DNA of 64,000 bases. Source: Candidatus Poribacteria bacterium. GTDB taxonomy: Bacteria > Poribacteria > WGA-4E > WGA-3G. The translations under genes and the position numbers were made by a program. This document shows positions 61,121 through 64,000 of the stretch, in pieces (position 1 is the stretch's first letter; each line of letters starts with the position of its first letter). The notes under the pieces were generated by a model. That model was not told the origin of the DNA, ran no database searches, and worked only from the letters and a program-made list of their open reading frames with translations. Where the stretch lies: contig OZ253447.1 of NCBI GenBank assembly GCA_965261115.1, positions 3,845,287 to 3,909,286 on the forward strand, given 5' to 3'.

Positions 61121-62998
61121 TTATCGTGCGCTTTGTTGATGAAGCATAACCGTCAAGATCGAAATATCGGCTGGCGAAACACCCGGCAGTCGTGACGCTT
61201 GCCCGATAGAGGCGGGACGAATCTTTGCGAGTTTCTCTCGTGCCTCTGTCTTTAGTCCGTGAACGTTGGCATAGTCAAATGTATCTGGAATTTGAAAATT
61301 TTCCAATTTCTTGAATTGGTGAATTTGTCGCTGTTGTCGTTGGATATATCCGTCGTATTTAATCTGAATTTCTACCTGTTCTGTCACAGCTGGCGACAGC
61401 ATCTCGGTAGACGGTGCGATTTGTGTTATGTGTTCATAACAGAGTTCTGGACGTTTCAAGAGGTCCGCCAAGGATGTGGGTTGCTTTAGTTCACCTGTCT
61501 TAAGGATATTTGCCAAATTGTCCACGGTTTCTGCGGTTGGTTTAAGAATTGTCTCCTGTAACCGTTTCAGTTCTGTTTGGATGTCTGCTGCTTTCTGTTG
61601 GAACTGGTGGTATCTGTCGTCATCAACCAACCCGATTTGCCTACCGATTTCGGTGAGTCGCAAATCGGCGTTGTCCTCTCGTAATGCTAATCTGTATTCA
61701 GCGCGTGATGTGAACATACGGTAAGGTTCACGGATGTCCAACGTAACCAGATCGTCAATAAGCACGCCTATGTATGCTTGTGCCCTATCCAGAACGAGGG
61801 GTTGTTCGCCTTTAACCTTTAAAGCGGCATTGACGCCAGCGATAAGCCCTTGCGCAGCGGCTTCCTCATACCCTGTGGTGCCGTTGAGTTGTCCGGCGAA
61901 ATAGAGTCCGGGGACCTGTTTTGTTTCAAGTGTTGGTTGTAATTGCGTTGCTGGTGCGAAATCGTATTCTACGGCGTATCCGAAGCGCATGATCTCAGCG
62001 TTCTCTAACCCTTTGATGCTATGCACCATCTCTACCTGTACATCTTCAGGGAGACTTGCAGAGATGCCGTTCAAGTAAATTTCGTCGGTGTCTCGTCCCT
62101 CTGGTTCTACGAAGACTTGATGTTCTGTTTTTTCTGAAAAGCGGACGACCTTATCCTCAATTGATGGACAATAACGGGGCCCGATGCCGACGATGCGCCC
62201 GCTATACATTGCTGACCTGTGAAGGTTCTCGCGAATGACATCGTGTGTTTTTTCATTTGTGTAGGTTAGATAACACGGTAGTTGGGGTTGTGTGATCCGT
62301 TCGGTTGAAAATGAGAAAGGCAGCGGATTTTCATCACCGGGTTGGATTTCCATCTGGTTGAAGTCAATTGTATGGGCATTGACGCGTGGTGGTGTACCGG
62401 TTTTAAGCCTACCGATCTCGAATCCAAGGCTTAAAAAACTGTCTGAGAGTTTCTCAGCGGAGGATTCACCTGCTCTGCCTGCGCTGTATGAGACATCACC
62501 GATATGGATAATGCCTTTCAAGAAAGTCCCCGTTGTCAGAATTACAGCATCTCCGAAATAGGCGGTTTGTGTCTGACTCAGGATTCCGATGCACTTTCCA
62601 TTTTCTACGAGGAGTTCTTCAACCAACACCTGTTTGATGTCAAGTTTTTGTTGTGCCTCTAAGACGCGTTTCATTTCATCTTGGTAGGCCTTTTTATCGG
62701 CTTGTGCGCGGCTGGAACGGACCGCGGGTCCCTTTTTGGTATTCAAGCGTCGAAATTGGATCCCGGTTTTGTCAATGTTTTTTGCCATTTCGCCGCCGAG
62801 CGCGTCTATCTCTTTGACAAGATGCCCCTTGGCGAGTCCACCGATAGCAGGGTTGCAGGACATCTTAGCGATCGTGTCCAGGTTAATGGTGACGATGAGG
62901 GTTTCGCAGCCCATTCGCGCCGCGGCGAGTGCGGCTTCGCAGCCTGCGTGCCCCGCACCGACAACAATGATGTCATAATGTTTTTGATAGGTATTCAT
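61121..62998 (-). CDS. mnmG: tRNA uridine-5-carboxymethylaminomethyl modification enzyme MnmG (GidA)
   Basis: FAD motif YDIIVVGAGHAGCEAALAAARMG, plus SCNPAIGG.AKGHLV.EIDALGG, GPRYCPSIEDK and FAGQ.NGTTGYEEAAAQG. Confidence 0.9.
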   Translation of the reverse strand: MNTYQKHYDIIVVGAGHAGCEAALAAARMGCETLIVTINLDTIAKMSCNPAIGGLAKGHLVKEIDALGGEMAKNIDKTGIQFRRLNTKKGPAVRSSRAQADKKAYQDEMKRVLEAQQKLDIKQVLVEELLVENGKCIGILSQTQTAYFGDAVILTTGTFLKGIIHIGDVSYSAGRAGESSAEKLSDSFLSLGFEIGRLKTGTPPRVNAHTIDFNQMEIQPGDENPLPFSFSTERITQPQLPCYLTYTNEKTHDVIRENLHRSAMYSGRIVGIGPRYCPSIEDKVVRFSEKTEHQVFVEPEGRDTDEIYLNGISASLPEDVQVEMVHSIKGLENAEIMRFGYAVEYDFAPATQLQPTLETKQVPGLYFAGQLNGTTGYEEAAAQGLIAGVNAALKVKGEQPLVLDRAQAYIGVLIDDLVTLDIREPYRMFTSRAEYRLALREDNADLRLTEIGRQIGLVDDDRYHQFQQKAADIQTELKRLQETILKPTAETVDNLANILKTGELKQPTSLADLLKRPELCYEHITQIAPSTEMLSPAVTEQVEIQIKYDGYIQRQQRQIHQFKKLENFQIPDTFDYANVHGLKTEAREKLAKIRPASIGQASRLPGVSPADISILTVMLHQQSAR

Positions 62999-63002
62999 TG
63001 TT

Positions 63003-63995
63003 TTATAGTCCGTCGTAAACAATGCTGATAACGAGTGTAGCGACAACCTCTAAACTCTTAGGACTACATTTGTCGACGGTATCTTCAATTGTGTGCCAGT
63101 ATGGATAAGTAAAGTCGATGATATTAACCATCGGGATTCCGACTTTGATTAATGGGACGTGATCATCCATAATTTTCTGCCCCAAGCGTTGTTGAAAAGG
63201 TGCTAAACCGAGTGTTATCGCTCGATTCCATATTGCCTCAGTAAAGGCGGGGTTCGCCTCCCAAGAAAATCGTTCTATTGGGAGTGCCAAATCTTTGTCG
63301 CCGACCATGTCTAACAGGATTCCGTAGTCTGGCTTCCATTTTCCGAGGTTTCGGGCAAAGAATCGGGAACCGATAAACATATCGTCGATAGATCTGCCGT
63401 AATCCTCGCCATCGAAGAGGACAATAACAACTCGCCGTGGTGGTGGTTGCTCCTTTAATACTCTGGCAATTTCAAGCAGGACAGCAACGCCGGAAGCCCC
63501 ATCGTTTGCACCGAGGATCGGTTTATCCCGATTTTCTGGTTTTGGATCGTGGTCTGCGAATGGACGCGTATCCCAATGTGCCGCGAGTAGAATTGTTTCT
63601 CCGTTCTGCCCGTTCTCAGTAACGGGTGGGTGGGGCGGTACGAACTCTGCCAAGATATTATTCAAGTGGAGTGTTTCGGTTTCTGCCTTGTAGGTATGCG
63701 GTTGAAGGACGACACTGTTTGCGTATTTCTGAAGTTCTTTAAATAGATAATTCTGTGTTTCGGTATGTGCCTTTGAGCCTGGTGGTCTCGGGCCGAATTC
63801 GCACTGTTTTTCTAACATTGTAAACGCACGTTGCGCATCAAAGATTACATTCGCCTGACGGGCTGTGCTGGTGCTGAAGTCGGCAGCGTTTCTTGCTTCG
63901 GTGTTTCGGTTTTCTGAATCTGCCTTCTCACACGCGATGCTAAACACACCGCAGCATAGGATAACTAAAAGTGATATAAGCCCTTGTGTTCTCAT
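63003..63995 (-). CDS. M28-family peptidase / glutaminyl-peptide cyclotransferase-like lipoprotein
   Basis: Lipobox SIAC. AAHWDTRPFAD, GANDGASGVAVLLE, LFDGEDYG and YWHT.ED match the QC/M28 zinc-site pattern. Confidence 0.68.
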   Translation of the reverse strand: MRTQGLISLLVILCCGVFSIACEKADSENRNTEARNAADFSTSTARQANVIFDAQRAFTMLEKQCEFGPRPPGSKAHTETQNYLFKELQKYANSVVLQPHTYKAETETLHLNNILAEFVPPHPPVTENGQNGETILLAAHWDTRPFADHDPKPENRDKPILGANDGASGVAVLLEIARVLKEQPPPRRVVIVLFDGEDYGRSIDDMFIGSRFFARNLGKWKPDYGILLDMVGDKDLALPIERFSWEANPAFTEAIWNRAITLGLAPFQQRLGQKIMDDHVPLIKVGIPMVNIIDFTYPYWHTIEDTVDKCSPKSLEVVATLVISIVYDGL

Positions 63996-64000
63996 TAAGC

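Overview
64-kb chromosomal window of an uncultivated-type Gram-negative bacterium. The gene content includes a DUF1592/DUF1552 pair, an FGE-sulfatase-domain protein, an exported ASPIC/UnbV FG-GAP protein with ankyrin repeats, many WD40/BNR/NHL/TPR/LamG proteins and a FlgD/T9SS-like sorting-tail remnant. That mix is typical of PVC-superphylum or Poribacteria-like marine or sponge-associated lineages; this placement is a low-confidence inference. I support about 46 protein genes. Housekeeping genes: hisG, hisS, holA, thrC, glk, galK, rsmG, mnmG. Mobile or repeat content: one IS5-family IS next to a tyrosine recombinase, one MITE-like element with a target-site duplication, and several families of short repeats. 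I saw no rRNA, tRNA or CRISPR array. Main things worth a second look: (1) A cluster at 35-44.8 kb of three paralogous single-pass membrane proteins. In two of them a complete ECF sigma factor is fused through a short tether and one TM helix to extracytoplasmic beta-propellers (BNR or WD40). Both have a consensus SD+ATG conserved exactly at the sigma/tether junction, and the third, sigma-less paralog starts at that same SD+ATG. (2) 27-bp GTAG-headed perfect palindromes (REP-like) lie in frame inside a 1256-codon ORF, and an intergenic variant shows compensatory stem changes. (3) A catalytically degenerate AccD-like protein is translationally coupled to galK-glk, next to a sigma-less partner-switching module (2 STAS, a tandem-duplicated RsbW-like kinase, REC-PP2C, sensor HK). 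Both flanking intergenic regions carry shared AGTTATA heptamer arrays. (4) A 14-nt core motif CCTTGCGGTTCGGT occurs in five identical copies at gene boundaries. (5) A DUF1592/DUF1552 pair is split by a ~4.3-kb insertion that carries a near-identical copy of the DUF1552 Tat signal. All functional calls come from reading motifs in the supplied translations; no database search was run.
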